64,000 bases of DNA from Octopus vulgaris (GCA_951406725.2 OX597830.1:59954001-60018000), one strand, 5' to 3'. Numbered from the stretch's first letter, positions 48,936 through 62,897 are shown. Numbers and translations are program-made. Notes: generated from the sequence alone by a model not told the origin.

Positions 48936-49281
48936 AGATGAGAGTTCGTATATGAATGGGTCAGCTTGAAGATGTCCGTCTGTGAGTGAAGTTATGAGCG
49001 TAAAAACCTACTTCTCGACCGATATCTCAGATATCCACTGGCAATCTGAAGTCCGAAGGTTTGCGATGTGAGCTGATGCATGCTGATTAGGTTAGTGACT
49101 TCTCAGTTCGATTCTGAGGGCTTGCCTTAGCTTATGCAGTCATGGATCGATAAATCAATATAGGGTTCAGTGACTTTCTACAGAGGTTCTCTGATTTGAT
49201 TAGAAGGCCAACACTTATCGATCGTCTGCTGCATTCATATGAACATACAAACATGCATGCGTGTGCACTTGCATTCAAACA

Positions 49282-49322
<41 letters not shown>

Positions 49323-49431
49323 GCGTTAGTGTACACATCTTTTCTCAGTCTCTCACTCACTCTTTCTCCTCATTTCTCACGATTGCAGTCCCTGTCTTTC
49401 TTTTTCTTTTTCTGTCTTTATGTGTGAGTAT

Positions 49432-49485
<54 letters not shown>

Positions 49486-49577
49486 AAGAAAGAGAGAAAG
49501 AGAAATAGAAAGAGAAAGTGAGAGTGTGTGTGTGTACGTGTGTGTTGTGTGCGTGCGTGCGTTTGCATGTATACATG

Positions 49578-49618
<41 letters not shown>

Positions 49619-49685
49619 ATGTATATGCTTGTATGTATCTTTAAGCACATCATTTATTTATTTGTATCAATAGCTATTGATCTTT

Positions 49686-49729
<44 letters not shown>

Positions 49730-49984
49730 CATACACGAACACACAAACGCACGCACACACAAATGCACGCACACACACACACATACACGCACACACACAC
49801 ACACACACGCACACATACACACATATTTACAATACCACAACTTTTAATTCCCAATAACCTCCTCTTCTCCCCCCTCCAAACCAAACATGTACTTTAGTGG
49901 TTCTACACAAGAGCAACACTAACAACATCAACAACCACAACACGATCATTACAAGAACAACAACGTTAATCACAACTCACGCAC

Positions 49985-50128
49985 GCACCACCATCATCAC
50001 CTCCACCACCACCACTACCATTATCATCATCGTCGTCGTCACCATCATCATCATCATCATCGTCATCATCATCATCATCATCCTCATCATCATCATCACC
50101 ACCACCACTACCATCATCATCATCATCG

Positions 50129-50192
<64 letters not shown>

Positions 50193-50236
50193 CATCATCA
50201 TCATCACCACCACCACTACCATCATCATCATCATCG

Positions 50237-50303
<67 letters not shown>

Positions 50304-50330
50304 CATCATCATCATCACTACCACCACTAC

Positions 50331-50394
<64 letters not shown>

Positions 50395-50665
50395 GTCGTC
50401 GTCGTCGTCACCATCATCTTCACAGTCAACAACAACGCCAGCCAGATTAACACCAATGGCCGGAATCAACACAAACAACTGCAGTAACAACAACAACAAC
50501 ATTAAGTAAGAGTAACAACAACAGCAACAACAATAGTAACACATCCTTCAGTTGCACAAACAACAAGAACGGAATCATTTCTCATGATGATGATGATGAG
50601 GAGGAGGAGGAGGAGGTTGTAATGATATATAAACTACCATCAACAACAAAACTGCTACTACTACA

Positions 50666-50712
<47 letters not shown>

Positions 50713-51136
50713 CACAATGAACAACAATCTTAACGCCATAAGCTTCATCATCATCATCATTATTATTATCATCAACAACGACAACAAGAACAACAGCAAC
50801 TACAATTCTCATCATAATAATAATCCTCATTATTCACATGCACTTGATGATGATGATGGTGATGATGATCGTCCTCATCATGATCATCACTATGATCATC
50901 ATCATCATCACCATCATCATCAACAAGCTCATCATGATCAATAATATTCTCGTGTTCTGTTACACCGTTCTCCTCCTCCTCCCCCTCCTTTTCCTCCTCC
51001 TCTTCATCCTCCTCCTCCTCCTCCTCATCATCATCATCGTCATCGTCATAAGTAGCGGCAGCAAAAGCTAAATCATTATTGCTAAAGCAACAATAACAAA
51101 AACAAAAGGAGCCAACGGCTGTAAGAGAAATGATGG

Positions 51137-51176
<40 letters not shown>

Positions 51177-51230
51177 GCAGAGGCAACAACAACAACAACA
51201 CCCGAAACAAGAACAGCAACAGCAACAACA
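49985..51230. repeat. (ATC)n/(CTA)n/(CTC)n/(CAA)n trinucleotide field
   Basis: Directly visible. Confidence 0.95.
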
Positions 51231-51508
51231 GCCAGTATAGCCCTCAAAGAAAACCAAGACTGACTACAGCAGCGACAATGTGACGTCAGACTTCAATTGA
51301 CAAAGACTAAAGAATATTTATTGGAAACATTATTGGTTGTCCATTTACATACACATATATTGATTGGCAAGTGTGTACAATGGAAGTACACGTATGTGTG
51401 TGTGTGTTTGTGTATGTCTATATGTATGGGTGTGGCGCCCTCTAAATAGCCGTTAATATATATGTGTGTGTGTGTATGTGTGTATGTGTGTATGTGTATA
51501 TATATATA

Positions 51509-51560
<52 letters not shown>

Positions 51561-51599
51561 TTATATATATATATATTTATTTATATATATATATATTTA

Positions 51600-51710
<111 letters not shown>

Positions 51711-51751
51711 TTCGGAATGGTCATATATATATATGCATGTATGTATGTATG

Positions 51752-52116
51752 GTGGCACTCCGTCGGTTACGACGACGACGGTTCCAGTTGATCCGGTCAA
51801 CGGGACAGCCTGCTCGTGAAATTAACCTGCAAGTGGCTGAGCACTCCACAGCCACGTAGTTTTCGGGGAGATTCAGCGTAACCCAGAGTGTGACAAGGCT
51901 GGCCCTTTGAAATGCAGGTACAACAGAAACAGGAAGAAAGAGTGAGAGAAAGTTGTGGTGAAAGAGCACAACAGGGTTCGCCCCCCCCTGCTGGAGCCTC
52001 GTGGAGTTTTAGGTGTTTTTGCTCAATAAACACTGACAACGCCCAATCTGGGAATCGGAACTACGATTCTACGACCGCAAGTCCGCTGCCCTAACCATTG
52101 GGCCATTGCGCCTCCA
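51752..52116 (-). mobile_element. tRNA-derived SINE, family C, with head
   Basis: Minus head GGAGGCGCAATGGCCCAATGGTTAGGGCAGCGGAC...GTTCCGATTCCC; tail CGTCGTAACCGACGGAGTGCCA. Confidence 0.8.
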
Positions 52117-52615
52117 CTGTGTGTGTGTGTATGCACATATGCGGAGTGAGAGAGAAAGAGAGAGAGAGAGAAAACACATATAGATATAAATATATGGATG
52201 TGTGTATGCCTGTATACATACATACATACACACATGTGTATATATATATATACACGCGCACACATACATTTGTATACTATGTAAATTAAATAAACGGAAA
52301 TAGCGCAATTCGAATATATCTCACGAAAGAAATATGGATATATTTAGCGAACACCCTAATGTCCTTGTGGGACATTAGGGTGTTTCGAGAAATATATCTG
52401 TCTCTTCTGTTGGTGTTTGTAAATAGAGGTTTGCAGTCTAGTATATCATAAATAATAGTCTACGTCGAGGGGTTAATATAGGAAGCGTCCTGGAAGAATG
52501 GAACGATGATAATATTTCTATAGAGAACCAAAATATAAGAAAAAATTCGCTCCAAGAGGTAAGGGACATATCTCCCAAATAATCTGTTGGAAAATACATT
52601 AAGTTAGACAGCTTT

Positions 52616-52729
<114 letters not shown>

Positions 52730-52736
52730 GATAGAC

Positions 52737-52815
<79 letters not shown>

Positions 52816-53647
52816 CATAGATATTTATATTTATATGAACCCATGAATGAGCAAGGGAGAGTGAGAGAGAGAGCGAGAGACAGACAGACAGAGACAGAGA
52901 CAAACAGACAGACAGCGAAGACAGACCGAGAGATTAAAGTAGTGTTCTTGAATTCTGAAGTTTCTTGTTTCGAAACCTCCGAAAAAATACTATTTACTAT
53001 CTTGACGACACAAAGGAAAAACTATTGTGAAAAAGTGTAAGTAATGTCCGGATTTTAAATAAGAAAAACAAGTGATCAAATCTTACATTTTAATGAAACT
53101 TAATCGTTAATATAGCTTCCGTGATTATCTATGGCAACTTTCTATCTTCTCGTAAGCTCTTTAATCCCATTAATGAAAAACTCTTTCGGTTTCGAAGAGA
53201 GCTCAGCTTTAACTTCCTCAGTTATTTCGAGAGTTAATCCATCTAAATGATTCTGTAAGCTACGGAACAAATGATAATCTGAAGGAGCAAGGTTCGGGGA
53301 ATAAGGTGATGAGCAATTTTCTCCCAGTCAACTTCCTCAATCTTCTGTGACGTAATCTTTATAGTGTGGGCTCTTGTATTGACCTGATAAAAAAAGCCCA
53401 CTCCTTTTCGATTCACTAAAGCAGGCCTTTTTTTCTTCAAAGCAACGTTCAAACGCTCTAATTGCTGACAGTAGATTTGAGCATTGATTGTGGCATTAAT
53501 TTGTAGCAACTCAAAGTGAATGATTCCTTTGCAATCTCACCAAATAAAGAGAAAATCTTCTTCGCATGTAGTTCTCTTTTCAGCTGTGTTTGGTCCTTTT
53601 CCTCTTCACCTATGCCTACGACGCTTAAACATTTCGACAAAAGACCC

Positions 53648-54083
53648 GTTCTTTTTACATTATGTACATTTGACGGATATTTGTCCTCATTTTGTTCGTT
53701 GTTAACACAATATTTCGGCTGATAAACCCTCCAGCCTTCATCAGGTGTCTTGGGGAAATTTGGAACCTGGATTCTCATTCCTAAGGCATGTTTCGATCTT
53801 CTTCTTCTTCTTCTTCTTCTTCTTCTTCTTCTTCTTCTTCTTCTTCTTCTTCTTCTTCTTCTTCTTCTTCTTCTTCTTCTTCTTCTTCTTCTTCTTCTTC
53901 TTCTTCAGGTCACTGCCTGGAATCGAACTCGGAATCTTGGAGTTCTTAACCACTACGCCATATGCCCGCGGGCATATGAACGCTGGAGAGTATATCAGAC
54001 GAAACATTGTGTTAACATTCGTCAGATGTAAATAATGAAAATAATGTATATAATTCCTCCTCTCTTAAATATAGAACTGTATT
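53648..54083. mobile_element. Fold-back insertion: tRNA-like head, (AAG)n, hammerhead tail; 9-bp target-site duplication
   Basis: AAAAGACCC at 53639-53647 and 54084-54092; palindrome 53959-53978; hammerhead at 53705-53748. Confidence 0.8.
53705..53748 (-). ncRNA. Type-I hammerhead ribozyme motif (design 2), core intact
   Basis: ACAC-[CUGAUGA]-A-GGCUG-GAGGGUUUAU-CAGCC-[GAAA]-UAUU-GUGU. Confidence 0.75.
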
Positions 54084-55082
54084 AAAAGACCCATTTTTCA
54101 TCAGCGGTCACCAGTCCAAAAAAGGGGGAGATGAGTTCACGGGAATGAAGAGAAGAACAAATGTTCACTCGGGATTTACGGTTGGCTTCAGACAAATCCC
54201 GAGGTACCCACTTTCTGAGTTTTGGGACCTTTCCAAGCTGTTGAAAATGGCGGTGAACAGTTGAATGGCTTAAACGAAGATTGGTTACCAAATCTTCAAC
54301 AGAAACTGCATGATCTTTTTCGAGTTCTGCCAAAAGGAGCTTGTCATTAAACTCAACTGGACGTCCTGTTCGGGCCTCATCTTCAAGGCTGAAATCTCCA
54401 CTTGGAAATTTTACAAAGCATCTTCTGCAAGTTCTTTCATTCAGGTTCTCTTCTCCATAAGCTGAGTGAATATTTCGAGTCGTTTCAGCTGCAGAGTTCC
54501 TTTTTTTACACTCAAAAAGCATTTTGTGCCTCGAATGCTCCTTAGACGCTTTCATGCTCGAAGAGTCATAATTAGTGAAATTTCAATTAAATTATTCTGT
54601 AAGATTAAATTTAATAAGGTTAAATATGTCCAAATAGATATAAATATTATTTGATTGCATTAGACTTTCTAAAATACTGTTAAAGCATTTACAAATTGAA
54701 AATTTAGAAGTCCGGACATATGGATAGTCAGATATATTCACTTCACGTACTTTATAGCCATTGCTAACCGTCAGTATATGATGCAATTTTTATTCTCTGT
54801 TTGTCTGTCTGTCTCTTTCTCTCTGTCTCTCTCCCCCTCTCTCTCTCGCCATGTACACACGCACGCACACACACATACACACATACACACACAAAACTGG
54901 CGAAAGATATTGAATGTCTCTTACAAACGCATCTAAATACCAACGAATGAGATGTAAACCGCAATAGAAAGCAACAAATACAGCCAAATTGTGATAGTAG
55001 AAATGATTATGATATAGCTAACACGGTAACAACGTCAGAAAATGAAGTCAGAGCTACCATATATACAAATAAATATATTAAA

Positions 55083-55490
55083 TGCTCATGCAGAGAGAAA
55101 TCAAAATGCCCATTGATGAACCTCTGTATGAGTACAAATCTAGTATATAAATGTACCGTGCACAAAAGGGGAGGGCCGTATGTTTACATTGGGCAAACAG
55201 CTGATTCATTTAAAAATCGTTATCGCAACCGTATCGTCAGGTTCAAGAGAACCAATAAGAGACAGTTAACATCCTTTGGCCGATTTTGTATGGCGACTGA
55301 AGGAAGATAAAATCAAGTATAGCATAATTTGTTCAATAGTAAGGCACGCAAAACCATGTAATATCATTTCCAGGAGATGCCGAGGAATATCTGACTATTC
55401 TATGGACCAATGAGAAGATCATCAACAGAATTTCTGAAAGACTCTCAAGATGCCTACACGCATATAAGTGTACTTTCACACAATGCAGTG
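55083..55490 (+). pseudogene. Penelope-like retroelement GIY-YIG endonuclease remnant
   Basis: CSCREKSKCPLMNLC..NLVYKCTV...YVYIGQTADSFKNRY and later INRISERLSRCLH; frameshifted. Confidence 0.8.
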
Positions 55491-55884
55491 GGAATGAATT
55501 TAAGTAACTGTTAACATAATTTACTTTAAGGTATGAATGAATTAAGTTTGGCTTTAACCTCCCTATTCTTATAAACAATAAGTAACTATTTAATTCGCTA
55601 TGTGAACGTATACGCACCAAACCACAGGATGCTTGTATGAGCGAGTGTACATGCGCCATCCAGCTTGCACCAGGGCGTTTAAACACCCTCATCTCTTAAC
55701 GGTTATTTTAAAAACTTTTCTCGCTGTATTGCATGTTCGTTTCTTTTTTGCATCTGTGATTTGATTTGATTTCCGATCTTCTATATAAATGAAGATATTT
55801 CCTTCGTTTTGCTGCTTTTCTTTCTACGAAATGAGAAGATATATTTCGGAACTGTTACTTTAACGAGTTGTGTCTATTTCTCAC

Positions 55885-55930
55885 CCGATGAGACACATCT
55901 GCACCGTCGGATGTTCCTGAACCAGTTGTT
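55885..55930 (+). ncRNA. Degenerate hammerhead-like motif in the Penelope 3' region
   Basis: CCGAUGA...ACAUCUG/CGGAUGU stem...GAAC-CAGUUG; core damaged. Confidence 0.4.
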
Positions 55931-56121
55931 AAGTATCCCGTGAGGGATCGATCCATGTGTGCATCCCGAGAGGAATCAATTGTCGTGATTAATAAAAATT
56001 CTCGTATCTTCCATCTTCCTTCTTTCATTTACCATACATATTTAAGGAAACTGTGAAAGTGACCGTGCTTTACCGGTAAGCTAACAGGTATAAACCATTC
56101 GTTTTATTATCGAATACACAC

Positions 56122-56227
<106 letters not shown>

Positions 56228-56339
56228 GTATATATATATATAACGGAAAGCTTTATGAAAATAAACAAAAGACGAAGGCAGGTGGAGTACAAACAAACAA
56301 TTGTATTAGTATGGCGCTCAGGAATATAAATAAAACAAG

Positions 56340-56377
56340 TCTTTTACGTTTCGAGCCTACGCTCTTCAACAGAAAGA
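56340..56377 (-). ncRNA. Minimal hammerhead-like motif (design 1)
   Basis: 38 nt identical to 39088-39125; element 56242-56482 lies between (TA)n tracts. Confidence 0.65.
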
Positions 56378-56480
56378 TACACAGAAAAGAAACACGGAGA
56401 GAAATAAGGAAAGAAGAAAAATGCGTGCAGAAGCTAGCGATTCAACATGGCGATCTGATTCCGGCCAGAAGTCAGAGATC

Positions 56481-56574
<94 letters not shown>

Positions 56575-56619
56575 GTATATGTATATATATATTTATGCAT
56601 ATATATATATATATATATA

Positions 56620-56697
56620 CATTATTTACGTTTGACGGATATTTGTCCTCATCTTGTTAACACAACGTTTCGGCTGATATACTCTCCAGCCTTCATT
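56620..56697 (-). mobile_element. Truncated design-2 hammerhead element
   Basis: AUGAAGGCUGGAGAGUAUAUCAGCCGAAACGUUGUGUUAAC...; lacks the 5' CUG. Confidence 0.7.
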
Positions 56698-56771
56698 CAT
56701 GCATATATACATACATACATACATACATATGTATACATACATACCTACATACATACATATGTATACATACA

Positions 56772-56832
<61 letters not shown>

Positions 56833-56946
56833 ATATTTCGGAATGGTCATTTTGCCAGTTTAGCCAATAAAAACACACGCACTATATATTTGGTGTTATT
56901 TTGCTTCAGTGCTATTTATTTTTTACATTAATCTTAATCTTATTTC

Positions 56947-56991
56947 GGCCAGAGTTCTTTCGTCACACTCCTGTGACCGCATCAGTGGTCC
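56947..56991 (-). ncRNA. Hammerhead-like motif (design 4)
   Basis: GGACCA-[CUGAUGC]-G-GUCAC-AGGAGU-GUGAC-[GAAA]-GAAC-UC-UGGCC. Confidence 0.5.
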
Positions 56992-57414
56992 TTTGTTTTC
57001 TTCTTTCTTATTTGTGTCTCTCCTTAGTAACCGTTAGCCATTTTGTATTTCTATTGTATGTCTTCATTTGCGCATGCTTATATATCTATGTGCGTTTATG
57101 TTTATTTAGTGTGTGTGGGGGATGCCTGTAATATTTGTATCTTCTGTTTATATATGTTCATGTAATTTGTATTTTGTTTTTGTTGTTTTTGTTTATTCTT
57201 ATTTTGTTCATGTGTTTACATCCACTTATTATTATCATATGCTTGTATGTATACAAAAACAACACCAAAAACACCCCCAAATATATGGCGCGCTAGGCAT
57301 AACAACAACGTGAACTTCCAACCTGTTGTCTCTTGAGGTTTCTCGGTGAGACTTGGAGCCAACTTGTACAAATATAAAGCAAAAGTCAAACATAGAATAA
57401 TAATAATAATGATA

Positions 57415-57628
57415 ATTCTTTCTACTATAGGCGCAAGGCTTGAAATTTTGGGGAAGGGTCCAGTCTATGAAATCAACCCCAGTACGCAACTGGCACTTAA
57501 TTTATCAAACCCGAAAGGATGAAAGGCAAATTCTACATCGGCGGAATTTGAACTCAAAGTGTAGCGGCAGACGAAATACCGCTAAGTATTTTCGTCCGGC
57601 GCGCTAACGTTTCTGCCAGTTCGCCGTG
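57415..57628 (-). mobile_element. Family B SINE, tail type 1
   Basis: CGAAAGGATGAAAGGCAAA...GCTAACGTTTCTGCCAGTTCGCC. Confidence 0.8.
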
Positions 57629-57630
57629 TA

Positions 57631-57690
<60 letters not shown>

Positions 57691-57912
57691 TATTATTATT
57701 ATTATTATTATTATTATTTATTATTATTATTATGATGATGATGATGATGATAATAATAATAATCTTTTCTTTTCTGCTCTATGCATATGGTGTGAAAATT
57801 TAGGGACCTGGGTTTACACCGACCCTCGTGCTCAACTGGGACTTAATTCATCGACCTCAAAATTATAAAAAGTAAAAGACATTAGTATTCAAGCCCACAT
57901 ATAACAAAACAC

Positions 57913-57953
<41 letters not shown>

Positions 57954-58250
57954 TGAGTGTGCATCTTTGTACGCGATATTTAAATCGTTCTGCACAGGGT
58001 TTTTTTTCGTAACTAAAGAACTCAAGTCTGAATGTATGGGGGGGGGGGGCATATATATTTTCCTCTCCTCCAGATTAAAAAACAGAAAGAAGAAAAAAAC
58101 AACAAACAAGAAACAAAGAGTGGGAAACCCAAAACACTTTTGCTTTGAAACTATTAATTCAATATCTTCTGGGAGTTTGCTCTGAGTGCGAATGGAAGAA
58201 GAGCAACGCACCAATACACATGCGGAAATGTGTATGTATACTTGCAACCA

Positions 58251-58290
<40 letters not shown>

Positions 58291-58306
58291 CAAATATGCA
58301 TGCGTG

Positions 58307-58354
<48 letters not shown>

Positions 58355-58398
58355 CAAGATATTTCCATATATATATATATATATACACACATACATAC

Positions 58399-58457
<59 letters not shown>

Positions 58458-58566
58458 GGTATATGTATGCATACATGTATGCATGTATGTATGTATGTAT
58501 GTATGTATCTATCTATCCATCTATCTATCTATCTATCTATCCATCTATCTATCTATCTATCTATCC

Positions 58567-58641
<75 letters not shown>

Positions 58642-59218
58642 TAGATAGATAGATATACACGTATGTGTGTATATATGTATATAAACACGTATGTGGTGAG
58701 TTGTGCATGTATTAGTTTTCTTATATATAGCTATATAACAATGCACGCGCGCGCGTACACACACGCACACACACGCAAACACTCACACACACACACACAC
58801 AAACACACACGCACACACACACACACACACGCAGTCGCATACATATCCATCATCATCTCGATTTGTATGTTTTTTGACCCAGTTTGGTAATAACCAATGC
58901 ACTTACAGCATTTACACAATATCTACTTCTCTCACGTTTACATGTTTCTCTCTCTCTCTCTCCCCCTCTCTCTCTCTCTCTGTTTTTTTCTTTCTTTCTC
59001 CCTCCTTCTTTCGCTCTCTCTCTCTCTCTCTCTCTCTCACATACATCCCCAGACTCTCTTATTTACGCATTCTTTTATTCATTGTTTCTTTGTATAATAT
59101 ACATGCGTGTGTATGTGTGTGAATGTATTTGCATATGAATATGTAAATGTATGTATGCCTATATAAATATATACATGCATACATGCATACATTTGCATAT
59201 ATATATATATATATATAT

Positions 59219-59466
59219 GTCGTAATCCCTCGACTATTGCGGCTGTTACGTTCCAAAAACCTCTGCGACAGGTGGAAATCCGCGAAGTAGAAACCGCACT
59301 GTATAATTATTACTACTATTTTGTATATATTATTATTTGTATATATATTTGTAATTTGTAGATATTTATTTTATTATAAATACAAACAACACCACAGAGG
59401 AATCGACGTAAGCTTAAATTAAGAACCCGTGATAAGTGAACCGTGATATGGTGTGGGATTGCGGTA
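59219..59466. mobile_element. pogo/Tigger-like MITE
   Basis: GTAATCCCTCGACTATTGCGG ... CCGTGATATGGTGTGGGATTGC imperfect terminal inverted repeats. Confidence 0.6.
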
Positions 59467-59469
59467 TAT

Positions 59470-60200
59470 ACAGGGTGCGTAAGATTTTTGGGGACAGATT
59501 TATATTCGGAAAAAAACCCAGACATATAATAACAGGTAACTTTATCAAAAACTGCTATGAGGATAAAAATAAACTTTATTTTCTATAACGTTATTCAATA
59601 AAGCCACCTTCAGCTTCAACAGCTGCTATATGAGATGTAAATCATCTACATGCTTGAATCAATGGTCCTGGTTCATTTTGGACATTACTCTGACTATGGA
59701 AGCCTTCAAAGCAGTTTTGGTGTTATGGGTGTGTTCATTGACCTCTCCCTCAACAACACTCCACATGTAATAGTCCAATGGATTGAGATCTGGGGAATTA
59801 GGTGGCCAAATGTTAGGGATTGTGTGATCATGAACGTTTTCAGCCATCCATTCCTATGTAACTCGAGGCATGCGTGTTAGTGCAGAATCTTACTGAAATG
59901 CATATGGCCTTCCATTGCATACACTGTCTATCCAGGGTTTAACAATTATTTCCAGGACTTCAATGTAGGCGGCAGATTTAACTCTAAGGCCTCGTGGAAA
60001 GAAGTAAGGAGGTACCACATGTCCTTCATTGCTGACAATTCCTAAAACCATGACAGTTACAAGAAATTTTTTATGCATAACACATGGAACTTTAGAATGG
60101 TTTGCAAATAATCCTGATATACGAAAAGAATGTAGTAAGTATTACACTGCAGAGACAACGCGGTATTCCTCACTGAAATACATCCAGTTTTTTTTTTCTA
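59470..60200 (-). mobile_element. Tc1/maT-like transposase remnant (catalytic region)
   Basis: VMVLGIVSNEG...YIEVLE..VKPW...YAFQ*DSA; WPPNSPDLNPLDYYMW; TA-CAGGGTG terminus. Confidence 0.85.
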
Positions 60201-60687
60201 TCTGGTCGTGCGTTCTTCACATTGTTCAAGATACACAATGTAATTTTACAGACGGAACTATCATATATGTTACTTGAGAACGGTTTAATCTATCGGTTGT
60301 TGGAAACTTTTCATTTAATTTTCAGTCTGTGACGGTAAATCTTCAGAACAACAAAACAAAGACAGTTGTAAAATCTTATACTATTGATTGATTTAGCAAT
60401 CAATAATTCTTTTATGAAACTATAATTACTGTAGGAATTGAAAACAAAAAAAAACAGATTGAGATACTTCCGACCGACACTGAAATGCTATAAACTTTTC
60501 AACGACGCCACCTGAAGGTCAGGTATTTTTGCCTAGAAAGCATGGATCCCTGATCGTACAATACAATCGAATATACAGAGCCCGACAGCTGACTCGAAAG
60601 CATTCTTTTACTCTGTAGATTTTGTCTCTCCAAACCAGCTGTGCATTGTGCATCCATAAGATCTATGGATTTCTCTTTTATGTTTTA

Positions 60688-61083
60688 CTAGCAGTATCGC
60701 CCGGCGTTGCTCGGGTTTGTAAAGGAAATAACTATATAAGCATTTTTAGAGATGTAAAGTATAATAGCCATCTCAATATGGCTAACCACAAAGGAGAAGT
60801 GTTACTGTAGCTTTTTACGTTCTGAGATTTAATAATAAATTTTTAGAGAGTTACTTCCTTTATGTATGCCAAAAATGCATTAAAAATGGGAAAAATTGAT
60901 GGTAATTTTTTTTTTAAATCGTAGACTCATCGTAGACGCGCGCTAATACCCAGAAGGGCTCGATATGAATCACGACTATAAGATACCCGGTTTTGGTTAA
61001 ACTGCACCGCAAAATGTGGGAGTAGTTAGGGATCTAAATCGGAGGGGACAGACGGCACACAACCTCACTTTTATATATAAAGA
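60688..61083 (-). mobile_element. Non-autonomous Helitron
   Basis: Minus strand A|TCTTTATATATAAAA...CCCGAGCAACGCCGGG hairpin...CTAG|T. Confidence 0.8.
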
Positions 61084-61084
61084 T

Positions 61085-61477
61085 TTGTTTCAGTCATTAG
61101 GCTATGACCATGCTGGGGCACCGCCTCGAAGGTTCTTTAGACGAATGAATTAACGCCTGTACTTATCTTTCTTAAAACCTGGTAGTTATTCTGTCGGTAT
61201 GTTTTGCCGAACCGTTAAGTTCCGGGGACGTAAACATACCAGCATCGGTGGTCAAGGGCTGGAGGTGAAAACACAGATACAAACACACACTCTCTCTCAC
61301 ACACACACATCTATATATACGACGGGCTTTCAGTTTCTGTCCACCAAATCCACTCACAAGGCTTTGGTCAGCCAAGGCTCCAGTGGAAGGGACTTGCCCA
61401 AGCCGCAACGCAATGGCACTGAACCCATAACCATGTGATTGGGAAGCAAACTTTTTACCATATAGCAACGCCTGCGT
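61085..61477 (-). mobile_element. Family A SINE, diverged
   Basis: Tail CCATGCTGGGGCACCGCC; head CCAAATCCACTCACAAGGCTTTGGTC. Confidence 0.8.
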
Positions 61478-62196
61478 CAATGAAATGAAATGGATTTCAC
61501 TAGATTAACGACAATATCTTTCAAGAATTCTTTATTACTAGCATACTCACTAATTTAGATAAAAGAAAAGGATTAATTCCACATTATTGTCCCCAGTTCT
61601 ATCGGAATGTGTTGGAGCAAGGATTTAAATCCTATTCGATCGACTGAAATGTTGTCAATAAAGCTAGTCTGTTCTTCAACTGATCACGAAACTGCATGCT
61701 TTGTATAATGGAGAAGTTTCAGATATTGGAGTAACCAACAATATTCCTTAACCGAAGATCAGAGTATTTAAACTGTCGTCAGCAGTGAAGGCTTCGTCTG
61801 ATCTGTTTCCAAAAGCTTTAAATCAGAAGACTCGACCGCACAAACTCATAGCCAACAAACTCAATGAGCTTTTTGGGGATATTTTTTCTTGACGACCCCT
61901 AGCTTAAATTATGTCGTTTCACTACACATTCGACGATGTAAGTCGACTTTCTAATGAGAACTGATCCAACAAGGCCTTTGCTGACATAACCTTATTTACC
62001 GCATATCGTCTGAACGATATGTATAAATCTGTACAATCATGAGTAACAATGTAATGAATCACTAAACATTTTTCGATAAACCCTACATCATAAATTTAAT
62101 GCTCTTTTCTTTGGTTTGATAGTCTCCTCGCGCGCGTATTTGAGCCTGTATGTAGTCAGATACATACATGTATATGTGTGTATGTAAATATTCGTG

Positions 62197-62257
<61 letters not shown>

Positions 62258-62281
62258 ATAGGCGTAGATATATTTGTATTT

Positions 62282-62318
<37 letters not shown>

Positions 62319-62897
62319 CACATAATTATATGTATATATATGTATAGATATATCTCGTGCAAATAATTCTATATGTACGTATGTCTAACGTACATAATTA
62401 TATATATAATCAAGCACGAATTACAGTGTATATGTTAGTGTGCATTTTGTGTGTGGGGGGGGGTCTGTGATGATTGTGTGCAGGTTTGTGTTTGTGGGTG
62501 GGTGGGCGTGTGTGCAGAGATAAAGACTTAGTCCCGTAAACATTATGGCAACCATATTGATAAAGGCAATAGAATCACTCTCACGCCATTCTGATGCTGT
62601 TGTACTTGGTTTCGTTAGCTCGTTTTGTTGTTGTTGCTGTTGTTGTTGTTGTAGTTACAATCTACCAATCAGCTTATCTGCCCCTTCCTCCCTCTTCCCC
62701 AACCACTACACTAACCCATGCACAGACCAGCTTCACGGTTGAGTTAGAGAGCTGTGGTCTAATTAATATTTTTATTTTAGTCCACGCTTAATTTAACGCT
62801 TAGCACTGCACACACATAAACTGGCAAAGACAAAGGCGCACATTCACACACAGAAACATATAACCACACAGGCACACACACACACACACACACACAG

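Larger units (their letters stand above)
53040..54722 (-). mobile_element. Mariner transposon with both TIRs, interrupted at 53648-54083
   Basis: ORF 54082-54555 (HTH, WVPR, TADEKWV) and ORF 53243-53509 (YCQQLERL, KRPALVNRKGV); inverted ATGTCCGGA.TT.TAAAT at 53044 and 54702-54719. Confidence 0.9.

Noticed and set aside
52040-52116. tRNA genes (also ~29570-29650 and ~53905-53968)
   Set aside because: A/B boxes are present but the cloverleafs are incomplete and run into SINE bodies
54082-54555. SETMAR-like host gene
   Set aside because: No SET domain; TIR-bounded, interrupted and frameshifted mariner
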